Shown: positions 1-11,319 of the stretch, piece after piece
How positions within the stretch are numbered: position 1 is the first letter of the stretch
Layout: each line of letters starts with the position of its first letter
NCBI GenBank assembly: GCA_001179505.1
Contig: CDMY01001040.1
Location: 1-64,000 of the forward strand
Source: Vitrella brassicaformis CCMP3155
Taxonomy: Eukaryota > Protista > Chromerida
Length of the DNA: 64,000 nucleotides
Direction of reading: 5' to 3'
Position numbers and translations under genes: made by a program
The notes under the pieces: model-generated
Told to the model about the DNA's origin: nothing
Seen by the model: the letters and a program-made list of their open reading frames with translations, nothing else
Database searches by the model: none

Positions 1-222
1 TGGGACTTACCGCCCAGCAGATCCTCTATTCAGCTAACTACAGGAAAGGTCCTCACCGGCCCTTTTCGCACATGCACAAGGCCCGAGAAAGCTCTCCCAC
101 TCTACCGCGATCATGTCACACTCGATAGAGAGGCTGGCGAGTGAGTATGAAGCTATTACGCGCTCATAGCACTCACACGCTAACGCACAAATCTCCTTCT
201 CTGCATGGGCTCTCTCTGCTCC

Positions 223-2803
223 TCATCTGACGCCTCCTCCTGCGTGAGTGGTGTGTTTGTTGCTGAGGTAGTTGACCGCCTCCTTGAGACAGTCGCCGCC
301 ACGCCTCGTGTGGCCCTCCGCTACAGACAGGTCGCCCACAGTCAGCGAGGCATCGTTGCCAGCTACCTGAAGCAACACAAGCTGGATGGATGAAGCACGG
401 AACACACCCACGCATGTACCACCTACTTGTGATTCTAGTGTCTGGATGAGCGCCCTGATGCGATCCATCTCCTGCCGAAACCGACGCAGGCCCTCATCGC
501 GAGCCGCCTTCTGACCACACACAGGCAGCCGAGACAGACATCCCACATCTAACTCCATTGAATGGACGACCTTTGCTCTTTCGGCTGCCTGTTTGGCTGC
601 CTCCTCTTCTTCCTGCGAGACACACACACAATGACAGACGACCGGCGTATGGTTAATGCTCGACACTTTACCAATGCCTTCTCAATTGCGGCGATTTCCT
701 TCTTGTGATCCTCGACGATTCGCATCCGCTCCGTCTCACTCACATCACTGCCGCCGCCGCCGTTCGGACCTCCCCCTGTCGCCACTCCCTGGCCTGCAGA
801 CACAGGCACATCAGCCAACACGAGTTGAACGCACTACTCTTCTCTGTGTATGTACCTCCCAGCAGCGCCTTGAGTCGCTCGTTCTCCTTCTTGAGCAGAT
901 TGAACAACTTCTCCTGCACTCACAGATGCATCAGGAGGCGAAACAACATACGGGCGGTCTGTCTCTCTGTTTTCGTCTCACCGTGGGGTCTTCGTCGATC
1001 TCGGCGTGATTCTTGATCTTCTTGGCGCGATCTAAAACATCAAGTGGAGACTTCACGCAAATCACGCTCGCGTGTGCTGTTGTCAGTGTTTGCCGGCGCA
1101 TTGTAGTGTCGACAGTGTCTCTTCGTAGTTAGACGAAGCGGGCGACACGGCGCATATCATGATGGTCTTCGATGAGCCTCCGAGGGCATTCTGAAGCATT
1201 TAGCACAGGAGTGGCGCTCGTGTGAGTGCCTGACGACTGGACATCTCCACCTGCAGCAGTCGGGTGAGTTTTGAGTCTCGGTAGGGGATGAGCTGGCCCT
1301 TCTTCAACTTGCCTGAACGTCCGCAGGAAAATGTGTACCTGTATGTCTGTCTGTTACCGTCCCACACACCTGAGGCCTTGTCTGCGAGTGCCGATATGAC
1401 GTTTCTCAACGCAGACATCGACTTGTTGATTTGCTCGTCCTTTTCGGAGCCGGCGGGATCGACCAGTGTGATGACTGAGGGCTTGCGGCCCTCCTTGCCC
1501 GCATACGTAGTCACCTACCACACACATCGCGCACAGACAGGTAGATTGTCCTGTGTCACATACAGATCATCCATCCCTACTTGTGTGAGTTCGATGATAA
1601 GCACTGTGTTTGCACGGGAGCTCGTCCTAGCACAGAAGACAGGCCGAACGACAGGCACAAGTAAGCGCAAGCAATCAATGGCATCTTTCCATTAGCGTGT
1701 GAAGACCGACGCGTTCATGTGGGTGGAGGCGATGGTGCGGTTCGCCATCCCCTCGTCGACAAGGTCTTCAATAGCCTCGTAGCTGTTGACAGCCCGCTTG
1801 GTCAGGTCCTGCACATAGATGCCCAGCTGCTTCGACTCGCGAACCTCCAGACCACCCTGACAGAGGCACCACAGCACACAGCACCACATGGCAGAGACAG
1901 GGACCTGGTTGGTTCTCATCGATCCCACCTTTGTTCGCTGGTTTGGGTGGATAAGAAGGTCCTGGATCTTCTCATTGTAGATCTCCAGCATACCGATCTG
2001 CACACTCGGACCCATGCATGCACACATACACACGGGTTGAGCGAGCGGCTCCTGTCAGTCAAGCTCAGTCAGCTGTTGCTTACCGTCACTTCGAAGTGTT
2101 TCGCTGGGTCGTGGTTCTCCCCGATGCGGCGGAAGATGTCCTCACACGTGGTGGGTATGATGCCCTTGTTGGGGCCGAAGCCAACCATAGAGTACGACTT
2201 GCCCGCGCCCGTCTGCCCGTACGCAAACAGACAGCAGTGATACCCTGTCCACGCGTTGTTCTGAGAAAGAAGCAGACACAGACAGGACAGACAGACAGAC
2301 AGACAGACAGACCAGCCAGTTGTCTTGATCTTGCTGCATGGATGCCCAAAACTTGCTGGCTGTCTGGTGTCTGGCCGACTGACCGGTACTTCCACGCCCA
2401 GGCAGTCAAAGATTTTCTTCTGGTCGGCATAAGGGCTGTTCCCATCCTCAGGGGTCAGCAGCCCCTCGTCGTTCACGGAGAACCTGCACACATGACAGTC
2501 TGCACCGTATGCGAAGGCACGTCAGTGTGCAGCTCCGCTGCCTACTTACCCATCATGCGACCAGAATGAGTAGTCGAATGTGAATGTCCCCTCTCCTGTC
2601 CCACCGTCGACATCATTAATTGTCGTCGTTGGTCCAGCCTACACAACACAAGACAACACATCCACGGTGGGGCAGGCAAGCCAGCTCCCGTGAGCGACCG
2701 TCTCTCCCTATACCATGGCTATGCAGCAGACGGCATCGAGGCCCTTTTCTCTCTGGTTGAAGGGCCGCACCCTCACGGCCACCCTGACTGCCGAGTCACT
2801 CAT
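223..2803 (-). CDS. Kinesin-3 (KIF28-like) motor protein, multi-exon, degenerate switch motifs; 3' end uncertain
   Basis: Spliced exons give MSDSAVRVAVRVRPFN, FTFDYSFWSHDGF..YADQKKIF, P-loop AYGQTGAGKSYSM, MLEIYNEKIQDLL, NATSSRAN, LVDPAGSE, HIPYRDSK-like LIPYRDSKLTRLLQ, NALGGSSKTIMI, DRAKKIKN, then a short coiled coil. ATG at 2803. Confidence 0.9.
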
Positions 2804-3265
2804 GATGTTATGTTGTCAACCAAGACAAATCGCTCAACAAACGGGCCAACCTGGAGACACACGGGATTGGTGCATCAGCCGAGGGCGGGGGACAAGAGAA
2901 CACGCGGTAGACAGGAGATGGACGAGTGGGCCTCTGCGCACCTTTGGCAGCGTATAGGAGAGGCGAACACAGAGCGCAACAGGGCGGAGACTACCCCCAC
3001 CGGACGGGGACGCGAAGGGTAGAAACAACCGTGCTTCACTTCGAAGGGCTGTGGGAAGAGAAAAGAGCTGGGGCAGGACCGGCCGTGGACGGGATCCTGT
3101 CGTCCTTTCGGAGGGGGAGAAGGGCAACCGCTCCAGAGTTTGGGGCTCGAGAGTTTGGCGCGGTTTCCGCTCAGTCTAAGCCACAGCTGGCTCTCGATGA
3201 GACCTCCGAAACGCCCATGGATGGCGCACGCTCCATTGAGCCCGCTGCTGCTTCCTCCGAGCAAT

Positions 3266-3273
3266 TGCGAGCT
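3266..3273 (-). promoter_or_regulatory. AGCTCGCA candidate promoter motif
   Basis: TGCGAGCT between the kinesin (-) and paralog A (+) starts. Confidence 0.6.
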
Positions 3274-3420
3274 CAAAGGTGATTCCAGAAGACGGCAGAT
3301 GCCCGGCTGCAAGACCGTCAGGAGGGATCTGGACACTGCATGTGTGGCGAGGATGGAGAGGATCCGGCTGCGGGATGGACAGTGGGCATCAGCGGGTCGG
3401 TGGCTTGAGGAGGTCTGCTG

Positions 3421-5742
3421 ATGGCGAAACTACACTGCTCACGTCAAGAAGAGGTAAGGGAGAGGGCGGGAAGACACAACAAAGAGGAACCGCAACCGTG
3501 GCTTCGCTTTTTTCGTGTTTGCCTGCAGGAGGATGTAGATGGGATGTTGGTTGAGGACGATGATGATGGCGATGAATGCCCACTGCCGAATCATGGACAG
3601 CAGGTGCGCAGGCACTGACAAACCACTCCATCTGCTTCGCTTTCCACACAAATTCAACGAAATACATGGGCCGTCTGTGTGTGGTGCTTCGTTGCTTTTG
3701 CAGTCGTCACTTCCCCTGTGGACTGTCCCGTCCGACACCATCTCGACCTTCCTCAGCCCCCTCCTGGGCACCCAATACATCATCGGCACCCTCTCACTCA
3801 TCCGCAAGGCCTTCCACACCATCGCTCCTGAGCCGTCCACCCACCTCTGCGTCCACATCCAGACTGCCAAGGCCATCAACCTGACCGACACGCAGCTCAG
3901 CGTATGGCTCACCCGACTAAGCAAGACCAAGCGCGCCGTGCTGCTCTGCCCGGTGACGGAGAGCATGGTGCTTCTGGTGGAGGGCACGAGCAACACCTTG
4001 ACCTACCTCGAGATGGACCATTCGGCATCAGAGCGGCACGGCACGCCCAGGCTGCTGTCAGTGCGTCAAGGGGCGTCTCTGGTGGAGTTCCCGGTGCTGG
4101 AGGAGGCGCGTGTGGGCGGCGACTGGGCGCAGGCGGCGCCACGCAAGCGATGGGCACTGAGGTAGGCGACAAGGCCAGCGAATGATACACCCAGCAGAAC
4201 AGTTCTCATGTGTGTGTGGTGTTGTTGATTGTGCGGCTTTGCGGGTCGCTCGTGTCATTGAGCGTTCGCGACTGCCGATTGCTGGCCCCCGTGATCGGTT
4301 TCGGTGTGTGGTGGCGTTCATTCGCGCCAGCCCTGCGGTCGCTCGAGTACGACGATGATGGGTGCTCGAGCACCCATCCGTACCCCCACAGCACGCTCCC
4401 GCTGCAGGAGCTTCTGCCGGTCACCACATCTGTGCCTGACCTGAGCGCCCTCAAGTGAGGAGCACGATAGAACCGAAACACGCGCGTGTATGTGTATCCC
4501 TTCATTCTTCTCTCTCAGGCGCCTTCGCTTCACCAGTGAGCGGTCGTGCTTCACCCACGGAGGAGGCACACGGCTGCTGGCTCAGCGCAGCCTCAGGCTG
4601 GAGGAGGTCGACATTGCATTGAACTCTCTGTCGACCGACTTACTCAAGGTAGCATTCTCTTTCACACACACAAGCAGACGGCACACGCACACATTCGCCA
4701 GGACACACCTCTGTCTGTCTGTCTGTCTGTGTGTTTGTTTGTTTGTCTCTGTACATGTGTGTGGCGTGCAGGCCATAGATGGGTTTCGCAAGTCTTGCCT
4801 CGCCCCCAACGCCATCGAGAACTGGAGCAGAAGCGACTTTCACTTCGACCTGAGTTCGCTGTTCGACTCATCGGACATGTCTGACGAGGTCCTTCGTAGC
4901 TGTGCGGGCACCATCAAGATCCTAGCTTCGGCAGCTACCTGGGCTGTCATGAGGACTCAGCTCACTGGCACACAGGTGTTCCATCTCGCACTCTATGGCC
5001 TCATCCCGTCACTCGTGTTTTCGCGAACACGCACTCTGTGGCTGTGCCGGCGCGCTAATGCTGGCCACGCCGGCGTTTTGCCACTGCCTGACGTGGTGTT
5101 GTCGAATGTGGCTCGCCTTTTCCCCTCGGTGACGCACACAGATGTGTTTGGTGCTGACATGTCCGATGCGCTCGTGCAGAGGGTGCTGGGGCAGCTCCCG
5201 ACGCTCGAGACATTGCGCTGTCCGGCCTCAGACACGTTTGACACGGACGTGGGGGATTTGGGATGGGCGAGGCAAGGCTTGAGGTTCTCACTGCATCAGA
5301 CAGAGCATCAGGGCAGGCCGATCGCTGAGAGAGTTCGTGAGGCCACCACGACCATGGATTGGGAGGAAAGTGAGACAGAGAGCTTCGTCTTAGCGTGTGA
5401 CCGACTCGTAGACAGATGTGTGCGAGCGATTCGTCGGTTTTGTCGCATCGATCGGCTTGTCGTCAATGTGAGTGATCCGTTTGAGGAGAGCCAGGAGGGG
5501 GGGACATGATCGTAGCCACAATGCAGGAGTGCATGGTGAGTCGGCCTGGCACAGCCGGTGCCAGCCGCCGACTCCCTTGTCACCTCCTGCTGCGTGAGCT
5601 TGGCTTCGAGATGGTCGAATTAGCGAGATTAGATAACCTCTGTCGGATGGAGGTGCGGCGGATGGGCCTGCCCATCTCCTCACAGAAGCGCATCTCCTCA
5701 CAGAAGCGCATCACTGACTACTTCTCTGTGGCCAACCAGTGA
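3421..5742 (+). CDS. Lineage-specific F-box-like/LRR-like protein with C-terminal PIP box (paralog A)
   Basis: GT-AG exons join ORFs 3421, 3539, 4210, 4490 and 5506 in frame. N-terminal LWTVPSDTISTFLSPLLGTQYIIGTLSLIRKAFHTIA is F-box-like. C-terminus is QKRITDYFSVANQ*. Clear paralogy with 13997-15507. Confidence 0.7.
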
Positions 5743-6229
5743 GACAGACATCGGCTGAAGGGCACAGCACAGCATAGCACAGATATGGGGCTGGGGTGCA
5801 CAGGCGGGGCGGGCAGTGGCCTTTACTTCCTCACGCGTGTCAATCCTTTCTGCGGCCTTTTCTGCATGTGCGTGTGTGGGCGGTCGGCGCCTCACCCATC
5901 AGCAGCTGGCCAGCTGCAGGTGGGTGATTCGTTGGCACACCCGCAGGGCCATGCAAAAGAGGCCGCTGCCGTGTGAATATATGGGTGTGCGGTTGAGACT
6001 CTTCATCATGTGCGAGCGCATGTGTGATGGCTTCAACACACGTGTACGCCAGCTGGCTTGTGGAAGTGCCGACAGTATCTTCAATGCATAGAATTGTGAG
6101 TCTGTGGTCGTGTCCGCACAGTGCACGCCACCCCACCCACGCATCAACGCACACATCAGCAAATAAATGGAGACAGTCATTCACAAGACAACAAGGCATG
6201 CACACACACAATGTACCATAGGCAGCCAG

Positions 6230-7477
6230 CTACCGAAAGCCAGGCGGTACAGGATACTCAGGGCTTTCCTCATTCTTCCTTCTCCTCTCCGGTACTGGCC
6301 TCTCCTCCCCCTCCCCCTCCCTCGTGCTTCCTGTCTGCCCTCCCTCCCCCGTGCTGCCTTCCTCCTGCCTGAGAGACTCATACACCTGCTTCCTCTGCTG
6401 CTGCCTCGCACGCTGCCTCCTCAGCTCAGCCCTGTCCATCACCTTAATGCCCTCCTCCTCGTCAAGCAGCTTCTCCAGCTGCTCTGTGACCTTCCTCTCC
6501 ACCCGGCTCTCCAACGCACTCTGCAGCCCGTCGCTCACCCTCCTGTCCGCCGGCCTGCTGGTGGCACTCAGCCCATCGAGCGTCTGCTGGATCGCCCGGA
6601 CGGTCTTGCTCTTCATGGCCCTCTTGCGCAACGACTCGAGCAGCCGGGGGTTCTTCCCTCTTTCCTCCCGCTTGGCCAGTCGCTGCACATAAGTGGCTAC
6701 CATCCACGCGTCAGACATGAAGTAGCTCGTGTCGTTGACGCCTCCGTCCTTGCGAGCGATGGTTGGGAAGTTGGGGATCTTCTCTTTGACGTACTCGAGC
6801 ACCTCGCTGCGGCTCTCGAGAAGACGGCCGGCGCGTGTGGCGAGGAACTCCCTGGCTGTGCGCAGGTAGACGGGGCGGGGCGACACGCCGAGCAGCCGCG
6901 GAATGTCATGCGAGAGGATGCCGACCAGCTTCTGGATCTCAGTGACCTTCTGCAGGTCCTTGCCCGGGTTGGGCACACGACTGTACTCCTGCATACCAAC
7001 CGTCCACTCGAGCAGCCTCTGGGGGTCGGCTGCCTGTGGCTGCTGGGCGTGCTGCGGGTGTTGCTGCGACAGCTCCTTAGTGAGCACTTGCAGCTGGCCC
7101 GTCTTCAGAACGTTGAGCACACCCATAACCTCCACGGCCTTCTCGTTGACGTTGGGCAGACTCGACAGGTCGATGAGGCCCACCTTCAGAGGCTTCGTGT
7201 CATAAGTCATGAGCGCATACCCGGCGCAGTGACGCGACACGCAGAGGCCCAGCACCAGCCGCCTTCTCAGATCCACGTTGGCGTGCGGCTGCTGCCCATC
7301 GCCATCATCGTCGGCATTGCTGTCGCTCTCTGGGGCGAAGAAGGGGCTGGGGCTGGTGGGAGATGAGGATGCATCGGAGGAGAAGCCGCGTTGATGAGAT
7401 AGATGAGATGAACAGCATCTTCTGATTTGCCGCCTTGAGGAATGGAGCAGGCACAAAGATCTTGCAGACGGCAACAT
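6230..7477 (-). CDS. RuvC/YqgF (RNase H-fold) domain protein with probable mitochondrial presequence, single exon
   Basis: Long ORF with likely start MLPSARS at 7477. R/S-rich leader, then RLVLGLCVSRHCAGYALM (beta1-beta2 pattern), WTVGMQEY and YFMSDAWMVA (final helix), followed by a coiled-coil tail. Confidence 0.6.
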   Translation of the reverse strand: MLPSARSLCLLHSSRRQIRRCCSSHLSHQRGFSSDASSSPTSPSPFFAPESDSNADDDGDGQQPHANVDLRRRLVLGLCVSRHCAGYALMTYDTKPLKVGLIDLSSLPNVNEKAVEVMGVLNVLKTGQLQVLTKELSQQHPQHAQQPQAADPQRLLEWTVGMQEYSRVPNPGKDLQKVTEIQKLVGILSHDIPRLLGVSPRPVYLRTAREFLATRAGRLLESRSEVLEYVKEKIPNFPTIARKDGGVNDTSYFMSDAWMVATYVQRLAKREERGKNPRLLESLRKRAMKSKTVRAIQQTLDGLSATSRPADRRVSDGLQSALESRVERKVTEQLEKLLDEEEGIKVMDRAELRRQRARQQQRKQVYESLRQEEGSTGEGGQTGSTREGEGEERPVPERRRKNEESPEYPVPPGFR

Positions 7478-7538
7478 CGATTGGGCCAGCGTACTCGCTT
7501 TGGGGGGGAAGACTACAAAAGGGAGGAAGACGCCGCTA

Positions 7539-7546
7539 AGCTCGCA
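7539..7546 (+). promoter_or_regulatory. AGCTCGCA candidate promoter motif
   Basis: Between the RuvC-like (-) and HhH-GPD (+) starts. Confidence 0.65.
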
Positions 7547-7778
7547 AATGCGGCCGAGGAAGCCGTCATCATCTCGTGAGGTCTTGTGAGCAAGATCTGG
7601 GCAAGATGCATCTTCCCGCATGAGAGATCTCCTTCCCCTGGTTGCACAGCTGTTGTCGCTTCAGAAGACCATCTGCGCACCTGCACTCCGTCACTCCCTG
7701 CCCTGCTTCATCCCCTCATTGTCCATCCCGTCAAGGCTCCTCCACCAGCCCTCATCCCTCAGCCGCTCACGCATTGTG

Positions 7779-9172
7779 ATGGACCCCTCGGAGACCCATC
7801 TGGCCACGGCAGCGGTGGGCGATATCGAAGATATCGCCGCCGATGCAGAGGCCACCATGGCGCGAGGGAGATGGCGAACAGTCATGAAGGGGCTGCTCAA
7901 GACGGCCTACTCATCTGCCGTGATGCAGGAGGCTGCTGCTGAAGAGGACAAGGGCAAGAAGCGGAGAAGGGCCAAGCCTCGGGAGGCGACGTCAGCTGCT
8001 GATGGCGACGACGAGAAGTCACCAGCTGCCCCAAAGAAGAAGCAGAGGAAGAACACAAAAGGGCAGAAGATGGCCTTAGAGGAGGAGGAGGGAGATGGCG
8101 AGGGTGAAGCTGTGGCGGGAAAGAGAAAGAGGTCGCGGTCGAGAGCGGCGGCCAAGGGTAACGCGCCTGATGTGGGGCTGGTGAGGGAGGTGACGTCTGT
8201 GCTGGAGCAGACACACGGGATGGTGGTCAAGGAGGAGAATGTTAGCAACGCATGCGGACACAAGAGGGAGGTCCTCGATGCAGCTGTGGTCAGTCTAAGA
8301 CACACACACGGCATGGCATGCACACCTTAACGTCTCGCCTGTTTGTCTGTCATGTAGGCGTTGGTGCTGAGCCAGAACACCTCCAACAAGAACTCCTCCC
8401 GTGCCTTGGCTTCTCTCCGTGCCAAGTATCCCTCGTTCGCCGCCATCCGCACTGCGCCTGCAAAGGAAGTCGAGGAGACCATACAGGCGGTAAGGTAGTA
8501 CGACAGACAGACAGCTAATGTCATTCGTGTTTCGTGGCCCTATATATGTGCAGGGTGGCCTTGCTACGGTCAAGACGAAGCGCATCCAGGCCCTCCTGCA
8601 GGGCATCTATGACAGGCATGGCGCCTGCTCACTGGAGCACTTGAGGGACATGACGACCGAGGCCGCCAAGGAGGAGCTGGCCACCTACACCGGGATCGGC
8701 CCCAAGAGCATCGCATGCCTTCTCATGGTACGGGGCAGGCGAAATGGCTGACTGGTAACGATCGCATTGTCTGTGCGTGGCCATCATCATGTGTGTGCAT
8801 GCAATGCAGTTCACGCTGCATCGCCCCGAGTTCGCAGTGGACACCCACGTCCATCGGCTGTGCAACCGCATATTCGACACCGAGACCAAGACGGCTGACC
8901 ACACGTACCGCCTCATGAACAGCGTCGTCCCCGATGACCAGAAACACGACCTCCATGTGCTGCTCATCCGCCACGGCCGGCGAGTGTGTCGGGCCATCAA
9001 CCCCCAGTGCCATTCGTGCCCCCTGGCCGAGACCCGCTGTGCGTACTTCCGCAAGAAACAAGCAGGGAATGGTGAGGGGGTCGAGGCCGAGATTGAGGGT
9101 GGGGAGGAGGGGGCAGGTGCGGCTGATAGAGGGGAGGATGGTGAAGAGGTTCGGGCAGATGCGAACGAGTGA
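7779..9172 (+). CDS. HhH-GPD base-excision DNA glycosylase (endonuclease III-like) with FeS cluster motif
   Basis: Spliced LVLSQNTSNKNSSRA, GGLATVK, HhH TGIGPKSIACLLM, AVDTHVHR, LLIRHGRRVCRAINPQCHSCPLAETRC. Basic low-complexity N-terminal tail. Confidence 0.9.
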
Positions 9173-9556
9173 GTCAGTTGACGGCAGCAGTGGGAACGAA
9201 TTAATCGGGAGTATGCAGCAATCTTGAAGTGTGTATAGTAAGTACATGCTGTGCGCGGTGGACGGACGTATGGATTCCTGCAGGCTTTTTGATATGACCT
9301 GCATGCCATGCGTTGTGGATAGCTTAGCGTTCATGGGTGACGCGGCTGCCGAACACCAAGTGAACGGGCGGCACCAATCCATTCAACTTGTTTGAGTGGT
9401 GTACTCGTTAACATGTCACTCACTCAAATATCTCCAGTCAGTCTCTTGTGAGCCAGGCAGGCAGGCAGGCAGGCGATCTATATCACTCGACTCACTCGAC
9501 AACGCTCACAAACGAGCTCGACAAAGCTGGCTTAACGAACATAATACAACGCAGCG

Positions 9557-11277
9557 TCACTCACCCTTGCCCTCGCCCGTCTCCTTTTCGCTCTCTGCCT
9601 GCTGGCCTTCCTCGTCCTCCTTCTTGTCCTCCTCCTCGTCATCATCACTATCGAATCTGAACTCACTCGTCGTCTCACCCCCCACCCCATCCACCAGCCC
9701 CCTCTTCCGCGCCAGCTCGGCCTTCTTCCTCTTCAGCCTGGGCAGCCACCTCTTGATGTATGGCCGCTGCCACAGCATGTCGACGCGCTTGTAGCGGTCC
9801 ACCGGCACACCACGCAGATCCCACTGGCGGAAGGAGGCGTCGTAGCCGTCGACGAATGACTCGCCCTCCCAGCGCGGCTGCGGCTCGTTCTGGGTGGGCC
9901 GGTCGTCACGTGTGTCTCGCGGCACTATGTTGCCGAGCACGTCGACGCGCGTGGGAGCCTGATGACACGCAGACCACAGACAGGGAGATAGATGTGTCAG
10001 TGTGTCAGTGACATGTTGGCTCTGAGGGCCGGCGGGCCCGCTCACCTCCTCTTTCGTCTGTTGTGTGTCTGGTTCCTCCTTCTTCTTCGCGTCCTTGGCC
10101 CCTCTCTTGGCCTCCTCCTTGCTGCCCTTCTCCTTGTCACTCGAGTCCTCTTCGGCACCTTCTGACATGGTGGGTCGGTAGGTGCGCTCGTTGGCCTCCC
10201 GCTTGAGCATCCGGTCAGTGACCTCCCGCTTGAGATATCGGCAGAGGGTGCCGCGGCTGTAATAACGGGAGTAGAACATGCCCTTCCACGCGCGCAGATA
10301 CCTGATACGCCACACAGGCCACGAAGCGACGGTAAGTGGGAGTATTCGGTACCCTTAATTGTCCTTCCCTTCTGTCCCTACTTGATGGTGAACTCCTTGA
10401 CGAGCGACCTCGGCAGCAGCACCTGGTGCCGCGGGTTGTCGTAGAACTCAGGCTTTGAGGGGTCCGTCTCCTCCAGCCCCAGATCCACCCCCTCCCTCTT
10501 CAGCTGCTCCCGCCGCATGCCAAACACCTTCTTCCGAGCACGCTGCTCGGCGTGACGCCGCAAGGCGCCCTTCAAGTGCTCCCACACCGCCGCCCGCCTG
10601 TGGGCCTCCTGGATAAAGGCAATGTACAGCTGATCGAGCTCGTCCCAGCTGATGCCGTGGGAAGATGAGTACTTCCACAGCGCGTTGAGCCGCTTGCGGT
10701 TGGCGAGCGCCTGCAGCCTGCCCGTCTCCTTGCTCTCCTTCGCATCGGCACTGCCTTGTGTGGGGGCGGGGAGGGGGTAGAAGGGCTTGAGGCGATGGTT
10801 GTGAAGCACTGGGTTGGGCCAGAAGGCGTAGTCGTTCTTGGGGTAGGGATGGTCGTGCCACTGGGAGGTTGCGAGGGGCTTGCCGCTGAGAGGGAAGCCG
10901 GCCTGCTCGAAGCTTTCAGTGACCCTCCTCTTGACCGAGTGTTGCGTGTCATCCTCAAACCAGAACTTCTCGTGCGTCTTGGGCACCCGCGTCCAGAAGA
11001 TCTCCTCACGCAGCAGCCGCGGCGTCGTCACGTGATGATCCCAGTTCTTCTCGAAGCTGCCCGCAGAGTCATCACTCGATGATTGCGTCGGCTCGGGGCC
11101 GTCTGCACCCACCAGCTGAGAAGCGTCAGCAGCAGCGGGGCCCTCAAATGGTTGTTCTGCTGCTGCCTCGGACCCTGTAGATGCGTCGCGGCGGTGCTGC
11201 CGAATGGCAGATGGCTTGACCTGGGGCTGCAGCAGACCAGGCCGCCAGTGTGGGCGTCGTAGAGCTCTGCGATTCAT
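9557..11277 (-). CDS. Hypothetical protein, probably mitochondrial (3 exons)
   Basis: ORFs 10378-11280 and 9557-10315 join via a phase-2 GT-AG intron (FTIK|YLRAW). Strong GC3 coding bias and an Arg-rich acid-free N-terminus. No family recognised. Confidence 0.7.
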
Positions 11278-11311
11278 CAATCTGCGTTCAATCTGCTCTC
11301 AATGATTTCAA

Positions 11312-11319
11312 AGCTCGCA
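11312..11319 (+). promoter_or_regulatory. AGCTCGCA candidate promoter motif
   Basis: Between the hypothetical (-) and phosphate carrier (+) starts. Confidence 0.65.

Noticed and set aside
6167-7366. 399-aa plus-strand ORF, and similar long antisense ORFs (e.g. 25223-25876, 18168-18698)
   Set aside because: Shadow ORFs opposite GC3-rich real genes; no motifs.
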